Of a DNA stretch of 32,000 nucleotides, positions 1-7,789 are shown piece after piece. A model generated the notes under the pieces. The model did not search any database and was not told the origin of the DNA. It saw nothing but the letters and a program-made list of their open reading frames with translations. Within the stretch, counting starts at the first letter, position 1, and each line of letters begins with the position of its first letter. Source of the DNA: an uncultured Chloroflexia bacterium (GTDB taxonomy: Bacteria; Chloroflexota; Anaerolineae; Anaerolineales; Anaerolineaceae); NCBI GenBank assembly GCA_963704755.1, contig OY969938.1, forward strand, positions 1,080,001 through 1,112,000, in the 5' to 3' direction. The position numbers were made by a program, and so were the translations under genes.

Positions 1-1
1 C

Positions 2-358
2 AAAGATGGCAAATCGCTGTCTGCCAACCTGAAGGAAGCCATGCGCAACACCTGGTCGGCTTTCGAGGAGCAGGCGCCCGAGCTGTACACGCAGGCTTCC
101 GCAGACTACCACAAAGCCCTGTATGCGCTCTCGGGCCTGCACCGCGTGACCGAAATCTTGAGTGAAAACATCCTGGCGCACGAGATCTGGTACCGCGAAG
201 GTGCCATCCGCTACCCCGAACTGATTAAAAAAATGATCCTCGATCACGAGGCGATCCTGGATCTGATCCGTCACCGCGAGGACCAAAAAATTAACGGCGT
301 AATTGCAGCCCATGTCGAAAACTGCGAGCAAGTTTTAATCAAAGTCATCAAGGATTGA
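2..358 (+). CDS. C-terminal part of a transcriptional regulator, probably GntR family with an FCD (FadR C-terminal) effector domain; the 5' end lies outside the window
   Basis: The frame is open from base 2 to the stop at 356-358. The helical His-rich tail (DHEAILDLIRHRE...AAHVENCEQ) resembles FCD domains. No HTH is visible because the N-terminus is missing. Confidence 0.5.
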   Translation, partial: KDGKSLSANLKEAMRNTWSAFEEQAPELYTQASADYHKALYALSGLHRVTEILSENILAHEIWYREGAIRYPELIKKMILDHEAILDLIRHREDQKINGVIAAHVENCEQVLIKVIKD

Positions 359-434
359 ACCGTGGTATTTAAACCTTGTTACAGTTCAGCAGGACTTGAT
401 CGGTAATTCAAATTTACTTTCCAAGGAGTCCGAA

Positions 435-1166
435 ATGAAACGCTTTCAAGATAAGGTCGCGATCGTAACAGGCGCCGGTAGAGGACTGGGGGCTCAATAT
501 GCCAAGGACCTCGCGCGAGAAGGGGCTGTCGTTGCTATCTGGGATATCAACGCTACCAACCTGCAAAAAGTCAAGGAAGAGATCGAATCTGAGGGGGGAC
601 GGGTGGTCACCTCGACCACCGATATCACCGATTTCAGCCAGGTTGAAGCCGCCGTTGCCGAGATCGTCCGCCAGTTCGGCAAAGTGGATATCCTTATCAA
701 CAACGCGGCATATCACAAGGCCCAATCGGTCTTCGAAACCTCGGTCGAGGATTGGAAGAAACAGATCGACACCAATTTGAATGGCTCTTTTTATTGCACC
801 AAAGCCGTCCTGCCTTATATGTTAGAGAAACAATACGGAAAAATCTTGAACATCGCCTCGGCGGCGGCCAAAGTTTATTTCCCCGGTTTTGGCGCCTATT
901 CGGCCTCCAAAGCAGGCATTATTGGGTTTTCGAACGTCCTCTCCGAAGAAGTCAAATACAAAAATATCAACGTCAATTCCGTGTACCTGGGGATGACCAA
1001 CACCGAGTACACCCGCGAGCGGATCGGCAGCGATCCTTCCGTCACCATTTCGCTCAACGAAATGATGCAGCCGCCGGAAGTAGCGAAAGTGGTCCTCTTC
1101 CTGGTTTCGGACGAAGCCGCCCCCATCAAAGGCGCAGCCGTTGACGTATTCGGAAACCGCTATTAG
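435..1166 (+). CDS. Short-chain dehydrogenase/reductase (classical SDR, FabG-like)
   Basis: TGAGRGLG cofactor motif, NNAA, and the catalytic S...YSASK. I chose the ATG at 435 (AAGGAG 7 nt upstream) rather than the TTG at 396 in the ORF track. Confidence 0.9.
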   Translation: MKRFQDKVAIVTGAGRGLGAQYAKDLAREGAVVAIWDINATNLQKVKEEIESEGGRVVTSTTDITDFSQVEAAVAEIVRQFGKVDILINNAAYHKAQSVFETSVEDWKKQIDTNLNGSFYCTKAVLPYMLEKQYGKILNIASAAAKVYFPGFGAYSASKAGIIGFSNVLSEEVKYKNINVNSVYLGMTNTEYTRERIGSDPSVTISLNEMMQPPEVAKVVLFLVSDEAAPIKGAAVDVFGNRY

Positions 1167-1177
1167 GAGCGCAAAGC

Positions 1178-2140
1178 GTGAAAACATCTATCAACAAACT
1201 AGCCGTCAAAGTCGTCAAAGAGATCATCGCCCGCGAAGATGAGATTGGTGTCAAAGTCATCCACATGAACTGCGGCGCAACCCTGATCGACATGGGCCTG
1301 AACGTCAAGGGAAGCAACGAAGCCGGGCTCCTCTTTACGCGGGTCACCCTGGGCGACATGGCCACCGTCAACCTGGGCACCTGGAAGCTGGACGACGACT
1401 ACATCTTCGGCTCGGTCGAGCTGTTCGTCACCGAGCCGCTGGTCGCCTGCCTGGCCTCGCAAATCGCCGGCTGGCAACTGGGCAGCGGTGAATTCGCCAC
1501 CATTGGCTCCGGCCCGGCCCGGGCCCAGGCCGTCATTCCCAGCGATTATTACCTGGACATGACCCCCTACCGCGACCGCAACGACGAAGTAGTGCTGTGT
1601 ATCCAGGATATCCGCTATCCGGACGATGCGATCGCCCTGGAAGTGGCCCAGGCCTGCAAAGTGGCGCCCGAAAACGTGTACCTGTTGATTGCACCCAGCG
1701 CCTCGATTGTAGGCTCGATCCAGGTCTCGGCCCGCATGATCGAGGAAGTCTGCCACAAGATGCACGAAAAGGGCTTCGACGTCTCCAAGGTGATCAATGC
1801 CCGCGGCCGCACGCCGGTCGCCCCGCTGGTAATGGACGAGGTCAAGGCCATCGGCCGCATCAATGACGCCATTCTGTACGGCGGCGACACCGAGTTCTGG
1901 GTGGACGCCAGCGACGAAGAAATCGCCGCGGTGGTCGAAAAACTGGTTTCCAAAACGTCATCCCCCTATTACCCCGAGTTGTTCGGGGTGGTGTTCGAGC
2001 GGGCCGGGCGTGACTTTTACAAAATCGATCACGACTTTCACTCCATCGCCAAGATCCAAATCCACAACGTGCGCAGCGGTAAAAGCTTCGTCGCCGGTGA
2101 GATCAATTACGACGTAATCCGCGAAAGCTTCTTGAACTAA
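1178..2140 (+). CDS. Methenyl-H4MPT cyclohydrolase (Mch, PF02289-like) family protein, paralogue 1; physiological substrate unknown
   Basis: 320 aa, the canonical Mch length. It is collinear with Mch as I remember it: N-terminal ...NCGATLIDMG...EAGLLF, GSGPARA, ENVYLLIAPSASIVGSIQVSARMIEE, INDAILYGG, DFYKID, and a C-terminal ...SGKSFVAGEINYDVIRESF. The GTG start lies 12 nt after the SDR stop, with AGGAG upstream. Confidence 0.85.
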   Translation: MKTSINKLAVKVVKEIIAREDEIGVKVIHMNCGATLIDMGLNVKGSNEAGLLFTRVTLGDMATVNLGTWKLDDDYIFGSVELFVTEPLVACLASQIAGWQLGSGEFATIGSGPARAQAVIPSDYYLDMTPYRDRNDEVVLCIQDIRYPDDAIALEVAQACKVAPENVYLLIAPSASIVGSIQVSARMIEEVCHKMHEKGFDVSKVINARGRTPVAPLVMDEVKAIGRINDAILYGGDTEFWVDASDEEIAAVVEKLVSKTSSPYYPELFGVVFERAGRDFYKIDHDFHSIAKIQIHNVRSGKSFVAGEINYDVIRESFLN

Positions 2141-2147
2141 GGCTATC

Positions 2148-2170
2148 TGCCGCATTTTCGCGGCAATTTT
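2148..2170 (+). terminator. Weak candidate intrinsic terminator after Mch-like 1
   Basis: tgccgc/gcggca 6-bp stem (2148-2153 / 2160-2165) followed by aatttt. The stem is short and the T-tract is poor. Confidence 0.3.
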
Positions 2171-2180
2171 AATCATGATA

Positions 2181-2812
2181 TGGATTCCATCAGGAGAAGA
2201 CAGATCAACCACTGATCTACACAGATACACACAGATAAAGAACAAAAGAAAAATATAAAGGTTCTAAAATCTGTGCCCATCCGTGTTCATCTGTGACCAA
2301 TTTGATTGTCCGCAAAAGTAAGCCAGGATTGCAATGGATTCCACATCCGATTGAATTTAGGAGAAGACAGATCAACCACTGATCTACACAGGCAAACACA
2401 GATAAAAAACAATAGAAAAAAAATAATAGGTTTTAAAATCTGTGCCCATCCGTGTTCATCTGTGACCAATTTGATTTTCCGTAAAAGTAAGCCAGGATTG
2501 CAATGGATTCCACATCCGATTGAATTTGGGAGAAGACAGATCAACCACTGATCTACACAGGCAAACACAGATAAAAAACAATAGAAAAAAATTAATAGGT
2601 TTTAAAATCTGTGTCCATCCGTGTTCATCTGTGACCAATTTGATTTTCCGCAAAAGTAAGCCAGTATTGCAATGGATTCCACATCCGATTGAATTTGGGA
2701 GAAGACAGATCAAACACTGATCGACACAGGCAAACACAGATAAAAAACAATAGAAAAAAATTAATGGGTTTTAAAATCTGTGTCCATCCGTGTACATCTG
2801 TGGTTAATAAAT
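2181..2812. repeat. Tandem array of a ~169-bp unit, about 3.8 copies, filling the gap between Mch-like 1 and the E1alpha gene
   Basis: Unit starts (tggattcca...) are at 2181, 2335, 2504 and 2673. Copy 1 carries a ~15-nt deletion and copy 4 is truncated. Copies differ by only a few substitutions. Each unit contains an agatca/tgatct hairpin and cacagat/atctgtg inverted motifs. Confidence 0.92.
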
Positions 2813-2838
2813 AAGCCATTACTGCATAGGAGATTGAG

Positions 2839-3825
2839 ATGGCGCTTTCAAAAGAACGATTACTAAAGGTTTATGAGGACATGGTGCTCATCCGCCGCTT
2901 CGAAGAAGAGGTGGAGAAATACTCCAAGAACGGCACCATCCCCGGCTTCATCCATCTGAGCATCGGCCAGGAAGCGACCCAGGCCGGCATCATCGAAGCC
3001 TTGCGCGAGACCGATTACAAGTTTCCCGATCACCGCAGCCACGGCGCGATTGTGCTCGCCAGCCACCCGGAAAAGCGCAAGAATATTATGGCGGAACTGT
3101 TCGCCAAGAAGACCGGCATCAACGGCGGCCGGGGCGGGTCCATGCACGTCAACGACTTGAGCGTGCGCAATATGGGCTTCAACGCCATCGAAGGCTCGAC
3201 CGTGGTGACCTGCCTGGGTACTGCTTTCGCCTCGGTTTATAACCACACCGACGACGTCACCGCCGTGTTTATGGGCGACGGCACCCTGGGCGAAGGCACC
3301 TGCCACGAGAGTATGAACATGTCGGCTACCTGGAAGCTGCCGGTGCTTTACTGCCTGGTCAACAACCAGTACGCCATTTCGACCCACTACACCAAATCGC
3401 ACCCGCAAAAGCAGTTGGCCACCTGGGCAGACGGCTACGAAGTGTCCAATGAGATCGTGGACGGCAACGACATCGAAGCCGTGATCGATGCGGTCGAGCG
3501 CCACGTCACCCACCTGCGCGCCGGTGAAGGCCCGGCCCTGATCGAGTTCATGACCTACCGCTGGCAAGGCCACTTCTCCGGCGACCCGGCTGCCTACCGG
3601 CCGGAAGGTGAACTGGAAAAATGGAAAGAAAAAGACCCGATTAAAGTTACCCGCGAACGCCTGGCCGGCCAACATGGCGTCAGCGATGCGGAATTCGAAC
3701 AGATCCACGCCCGGGTTGAAACCGAGATAGCCGAATACATTCAATTTGCGCTGGAAAGCCCCAGCCCAGACCCGGAAGATGCACTCAAGCACGTTTATAT
3801 GGATATTGAGGTGGAGGGAAGATAA
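2839..3825 (+). CDS. Thiamine-diphosphate-dependent 2-oxoacid/acetoin dehydrogenase E1 alpha subunit (AcoA/PdhA type)
   Basis: The IRRFEE...GFIHLSIGQEA, GGRGGSMH and GDG...NN ThDP-binding pattern is typical of E1alpha. AGGAG RBS. The stop overlaps the next start (TAATG). Confidence 0.9.
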   Translation: MALSKERLLKVYEDMVLIRRFEEEVEKYSKNGTIPGFIHLSIGQEATQAGIIEALRETDYKFPDHRSHGAIVLASHPEKRKNIMAELFAKKTGINGGRGGSMHVNDLSVRNMGFNAIEGSTVVTCLGTAFASVYNHTDDVTAVFMGDGTLGEGTCHESMNMSATWKLPVLYCLVNNQYAISTHYTKSHPQKQLATWADGYEVSNEIVDGNDIEAVIDAVERHVTHLRAGEGPALIEFMTYRWQGHFSGDPAAYRPEGELEKWKEKDPIKVTRERLAGQHGVSDAEFEQIHARVETEIAEYIQFALESPSPDPEDALKHVYMDIEVEGR

Positions 3826-4803
3826 TGTCCAGGACACTTACTTTTTCGAAAGCCATCAACGAAGCGCTCCATCAAGAGATGGAACGGGATGAGAAAGTTT
3901 TTATCCTGGGGGAAGACGTGGCCAAAATGGGCGGCGACTTTGGCATCACCAGCGGCATCTGGAACCGCTGGCCCAAACGCGCCTACGATACTGCCTTATC
4001 CGAATCCGCCATCATCGGGCTCTCCTGCGGTGCAGCCGTGTGCGGCCTGCGCCCGGTAGCCGAGCTGATGTTCGCCGACTTCATCGGGGTGTGCTATGAC
4101 CAGATCATCAACAACGCCGCCAAGTTGTGCTACATGTACAACGGCCAGGCCAGCGCCCAGATCGTTGTGCGGGCCGTCACCGGCGGCGGCATCCGCTGCG
4201 CCTACCAGCACTCGCAGTGCATCGAGCCCTGGCTGATGAATATCCCCGGCCTGGTGGTCGTTGCCCCAGCCACGCCCTACGAAGCCAAAGGCCTGCTGGT
4301 ATCCGCCATCCGCAGCAACAACCCGGTCATCTTCCTGGAACACAAGGGCCTGTACAACACCAAAGGGGATGTGCCCGAAGAGCTGTACAGCCTGCCGCTT
4401 TATAAAGCCAACGTCGAGCGTGAGGGTACGGACATTACTTTAGTAGCCAGCATGTCCATGCTCAGCTTTGCCAAAAAAGCCGCCCAGGAATTGGAGAAAG
4501 ACGGTTTCTCCTGCGAGATTATCAACCCGCGGAACTCTCTTCCCCCTGGATAAAGAAACCATTATCAATTCCGTCGCCAAAACCGGCCGCCTGGTTATCG
4601 TCCAGGAAGGGCCTAAATTTATGGGCTACGGCGCCGAAATCGGCAGCATGATCTCTGAAGACGTGTTCGAATACCTGAAAGCCCCCATCCGCCGGGTAAC
4701 CTCGCTGGATACCCCCGTGCCATTCGCCCCGGTGATGGAAGATTATGTACTGCCCCATTATGATGATGTACTCAAAGCATGCCGCGAAGTAATGGCTTTT
4801 TGA
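3825..4803 (+). pseudogene. E1 beta subunit of the same complex, split by a +1 frameshift (a true pseudogene, a slippage variant or an assembly error)
   Basis: ORF 3825-4553 ends ...FSCEIINPRNSLPPG*. ORF 4468-4803 in the next frame continues ...TLFPLDKETIINSVAKTGRLVIVQEG.... Together they form a normal ~325-aa E1beta with the canonical (D/N)xR-xxx-PLD junction. One extra base lies between ~4533 and 4547, and a C5 run sits at 4542-4546. Confidence 0.8.
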
Positions 4804-4822
4804 ACCAAGGAAGGAGCTCGTT

Positions 4823-6061
4823 ATGGCCCACACGATAGTAATGCCAAGATTCGGAGCGACCATGGAGGAAGGCACCATCAACTCCTGGTCGGTCAAGGAA
4901 GGGGCCGTCATTAAAAAAGGCGACCTGCTGGGAGAAATCGCCATCGAAAAATTGACCAATGACCTGTTGGCCGAAGAAGACGGGATCGTTTTAAAACTCA
5001 TCGCCGATGAGGGTGACACGCTGCCCTGCGGCGCTCCCATTTTGGTCGTAGGTGAGCCGGGCGAAAGCCTGGATGACCTAGCGCCCGAACCCGCCGCAGA
5101 ACAAACGCCTGCGCCAACCCGGGTTGAGGTGGTGGCAGCCCCGGCGGCAATCGCTGCCGAAAGCGCTCAAGCCCCTGCAGGCGACTATGACAAATCAGCC
5201 CGCATCACCCCCAAAGCGCTCGAACTGGCCGAAGAATTAGGCATCGATTATCACTACGTCAAAGGAACCGGCCGTTTAGGCGCAATTACCCGCGAGGATA
5301 TCCGCGGCGCGCTCGAAACCGGCACAGCCCGCAAAGTCGCCGCGCCCGTCGCCAGCGCTCCGCTGGCCAGTGAAACGCGCGTCATGACCCAAATGCAGAC
5401 CACCATCGCCAGCGCAATGGAAGCCAGCCTCAAAAACACGGCCCAGACGACCATCTCGACCGACCTGGACGCCACCGCTATGGTCCAGGCCTACCAGGCT
5501 CACAAGGAAGAATATCGCCGCAGCGGGATCAAACTGACCTACACGGCCATCCTGGTCAAGCTGGTCGCCGCGGCTTTGATCGAACACAAAGACCTGCGCA
5601 CGGTCATCCAGGGTAATAGCCTGGTCACCCATGCCGAGATCAACATCGGCATCGCCGTGGACGTGCCGGATGGGTTGATGGTTCCCAACATCAAAAACGT
5701 GGACCGCAAAGACCTGCGCCAGATCGCGCAAGAGCTGGAAGACCTGGGGAACCGGGCCAGGAGCAATGCGCTCGGCCTGGACGACATCACCGGCGGCACC
5801 CTCACCATCACCAACCTGGGCATGTACGGCATCAAGTACTTTACCCCGGTGCTCAACCCCGGCGAAAGTGGTATTCTGGGAGTTGGCGCCGTACAAGACG
5901 TCGTCAGCGTGCGGGATGGCGGTATCTTCGTCAAACCGGTCGTCAATATCAGCCTGACCCACGATCACCGCGTGGTCAACGGCGCGCCGGCAGCTCGTTT
6001 CTTGCAAACCATCCAGCAAAAAATGATGGAATGCGCCACTTTATTCAACGACCAGGAATAG
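4823..6061 (+). CDS. Dihydrolipoamide acyltransferase E2 (lipoyl domain + peripheral-subunit-binding domain + catalytic domain; AcoC-like)
   Basis: N-terminal lipoyl domain with the lipoyl-Lys in GEIAIEKLTNDL (EK as in AcoC-type E2s, from memory). Ala/Pro linker. PSBD (ITPKALELAEELGIDYHYVKGTGRLGAITREDI). Catalytic LTHDHRVVNGA motif. Confidence 0.9.
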   Translation: MAHTIVMPRFGATMEEGTINSWSVKEGAVIKKGDLLGEIAIEKLTNDLLAEEDGIVLKLIADEGDTLPCGAPILVVGEPGESLDDLAPEPAAEQTPAPTRVEVVAAPAAIAAESAQAPAGDYDKSARITPKALELAEELGIDYHYVKGTGRLGAITREDIRGALETGTARKVAAPVASAPLASETRVMTQMQTTIASAMEASLKNTAQTTISTDLDATAMVQAYQAHKEEYRRSGIKLTYTAILVKLVAAALIEHKDLRTVIQGNSLVTHAEINIGIAVDVPDGLMVPNIKNVDRKDLRQIAQELEDLGNRARSNALGLDDITGGTLTITNLGMYGIKYFTPVLNPGESGILGVGAVQDVVSVRDGGIFVKPVVNISLTHDHRVVNGAPAARFLQTIQQKMMECATLFNDQE

Positions 6062-6068
6062 CGAATTC

Positions 6069-7031
6069 ATGATTAGCCTCAACAAGAACGTAATGCCTAA
6101 AGTCCACTACCTGATCGAGCATGCCGAACAGCTCGGCTGCCGCCACTTTTGCCTGGAGAATGGTACACATGTGATCGATATGGGCATCGAGCAAAAAGGC
6201 AGCTTCGAAGCCGGCAAACTCTTTGCCGAAATCAGCATGGCCGACCTGGGAAGCTGCCAGTTTACTACTTACGTCTTGCCCGGAGACATTTCGGTTATGG
6301 CCGTGGAAGTGTTCACGTCCGAGCCGGTGTTGGCCTGCCTGTGCAGCCAGATCGCCGGCTACCCGCTCTCCAGTGGGTCGTTTTCCACCATCGGTTCCGG
6401 CCCGGCCCGGGCCAAAGCTGCCCTGGCCCGCGATCACTGCTTCGAATATACCGATTACCGCGACGATTCTGACGAAGTGGTCATTGGCATCCAATCCACC
6501 AAACTGCCGGACGAAGTCATGGCCAACCAGGTAGCGCGTGAGTGCCAGGTCAAGCCGGAAGATGTTTATTTCCTGGCTCACCGCACCAACAGCATCGTTG
6601 CCTCGGTGCAGGTTTCGGCCCGCATCCTGGAACAGACCATCAACAAGATGATCAAAAAAGGCTTCGACCTGAACACGCTGCAATACGCACGCGGATTTTG
6701 CATGGTCGCCCCGGTTGACCTGGATCCCGAAGCCGCTATGGGTAAGATCAACGACTGCCTGCTGTACGGCGGCCGTTCGGAATTCTGGGTGAAGTGGGAA
6801 GACCAGAAAATCGATGAGATTTTACCCAAGCTGGTGACCGAATCGTCCAAAGACTACGGGCGCCTGTTCAAAGAGCTGTTCATCGAGGCCGAGCACGATT
6901 TCTACAAGATGGACCTGGATATCCACTCCCCCGCCACCGTGCAGATTGTGAATATGAATACCGGTAAACTGCACAAGGCCGGCCGCTTGCGCGAAGACCT
7001 GATCGCCAAAAGCTTTTTCGGCATCGAGTAA
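6069..7031 (+). CDS. Mch-family cyclohydrolase-like protein, paralogue 2
   Basis: 320 aa. GSGPARA, EDVYFLAHRTNSIVASVQVSARILEQ, INDCLLYGG, DFYKMD and a C-terminal TGKLHKAGRLREDLIAKSF. The start is 7 nt after the E2 stop, so it belongs to the same operon. Confidence 0.85.
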   Translation: MISLNKNVMPKVHYLIEHAEQLGCRHFCLENGTHVIDMGIEQKGSFEAGKLFAEISMADLGSCQFTTYVLPGDISVMAVEVFTSEPVLACLCSQIAGYPLSSGSFSTIGSGPARAKAALARDHCFEYTDYRDDSDEVVIGIQSTKLPDEVMANQVARECQVKPEDVYFLAHRTNSIVASVQVSARILEQTINKMIKKGFDLNTLQYARGFCMVAPVDLDPEAAMGKINDCLLYGGRSEFWVKWEDQKIDEILPKLVTESSKDYGRLFKELFIEAEHDFYKMDLDIHSPATVQIVNMNTGKLHKAGRLREDLIAKSFFGIE

Positions 7032-7040
7032 GGAAAGAGA

Positions 7041-7465
7041 TTCACCGCAGAGGCGCGGAGAGCACAGAGAAGAGAAAGAAACTAAGAAAAACTGTTGGGC
7101 GAAAGGGCAATAGCCTAAAGCAGTTCGGCCCGGTCTCCTGACCGAGGCCGCTCTTCAACCCAGTCAATTAATTCGCCGCAGAGGCGCGGAGTTCACAGAG
7201 AAGAGAAAGAAACTAAGAAAAACTGTTGGGCGAAAGGGCAATAGCCTAAAGCAGATCGGCCCGGTCTCCTGACCGAGGCCGCTCTTCAACCAGTCAATTA
7301 ATTCACCGCAGAGGCGCGGAGCGCACAGAGAAGAGAAAGAAACCAAGAAAAACTGTTGGGCGAAAGGGCAATAGCCTAAAGCAGTTCGGCCCGGTCTCCT
7401 GACCGAGGCCGCTCTTCAACCCAGTCAATTAATTCACCGCAGAGGCGCGGAGTTCACAGAGAAGA
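7041..7465. repeat. Tandem array of a ~131-bp unit (3 full copies plus a ~33-nt partial copy) downstream of Mch-like 2
   Basis: ttc(a/g)ccgcagaggcgcggag starts at 7041, 7172, 7302 and 7433 (periods 131/130/131). Copies are near-identical. The last partial copy pairs with an inverted imperfect copy (ctgtgatcttcgcgcct, ~7470-7488). Confidence 0.92.
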
Positions 7466-7556
7466 AATTCCTGTGATCTTCGCGCCTTGTATGGTAAAAA
7501 GAATATACGTCAGGCCGATTCGTGTTCTCCGTGGTTATTCTCCCTGTCCAGCCGAT

Positions 7557-7601
7557 AAGAGCGGCCTCGGCCTACTGTAAAGAGATGAGACCGGGCCGAT
7601 C
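7557..7601. repeat. Inverted partial copy of the internal segment of the 131-bp unit
   Basis: aagagcggcctcgg (7557-7570) and gagaccgggccgatc (7587-7601) are reverse complements of ccgaggccgctctt and gatcggcccggtctc, which occur in each tandem unit (e.g. 7254-7286). Confidence 0.7.
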
Positions 7602-7644
7602 CGCTATGGCTTTCTCATGTTCACTTGACAAAAACCAGAAATAT

Positions 7645-7690
7645 TGTCATTGCGAGCCCTGGCAAAAAGCGGCCAGGGCTCGCAATGACA
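7645..7690. repeat. Perfect 19-bp-stem palindrome (tgtcattgcgagccctggc / gccagggctcgcaatgaca)
   Basis: Arms at 7645-7663 and 7672-7690 are exact reverse complements, with an 8-nt loop. It lies in the spacer upstream of the lipoate ligase gene. Confidence 0.85.
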
Positions 7691-7789
7691 GACCCCCTTC
7701 TTGAGAAAGCCACAGACGACACTGCGAATTCCTCGATTTAATCCTCCAGCGGTAGTAAAATCTTAAACAAGTGTGGGAAATAAGATGCG

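Noticed and set aside
2217-2819. A series of 60-93-aa minus-strand ORFs (MFACVDQWLICLL...) and plus-strand ORFs inside the 169-bp array. Similar short ORFs occur in the 131-bp array and hairpin region (7164-7346, 7522-7704).
   Set aside because: They are the same repeat unit translated again and again, and each is interrupted by stops every unit. They have no RBS and no domain signal. They are artefacts of the tandem DNA repeat rather than genes.
2863-3837. Long antisense ORFs mirroring the annotated genes. Examples are 2863-3837, 5276-6019, 6045-6683, 9467-10180, 15762-16514, 17764-18516, 20479-21132, 21787-22782, 24574-25428 and 26753-27520 on the minus strand. Several long off-frame plus-strand ORFs behave the same way, such as 10465-10998 and 21483-22172.
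   Set aside because: Each overlaps a gene with strong family motifs in another frame. Their translations are Arg/Gly/Ala/Pro-rich low-complexity strings with no recognisable domains. This is the usual shadow-ORF effect in high-GC DNA.
2181-7465. Whether the two periodic intergenic arrays (2181-2812 and 7041-7465) could be CRISPR arrays.
   Set aside because: The whole 169-bp or 131-bp unit is repeated head to tail with no unique spacers between short repeats. The periods are far larger than CRISPR repeat-spacer units. No cas genes are present.
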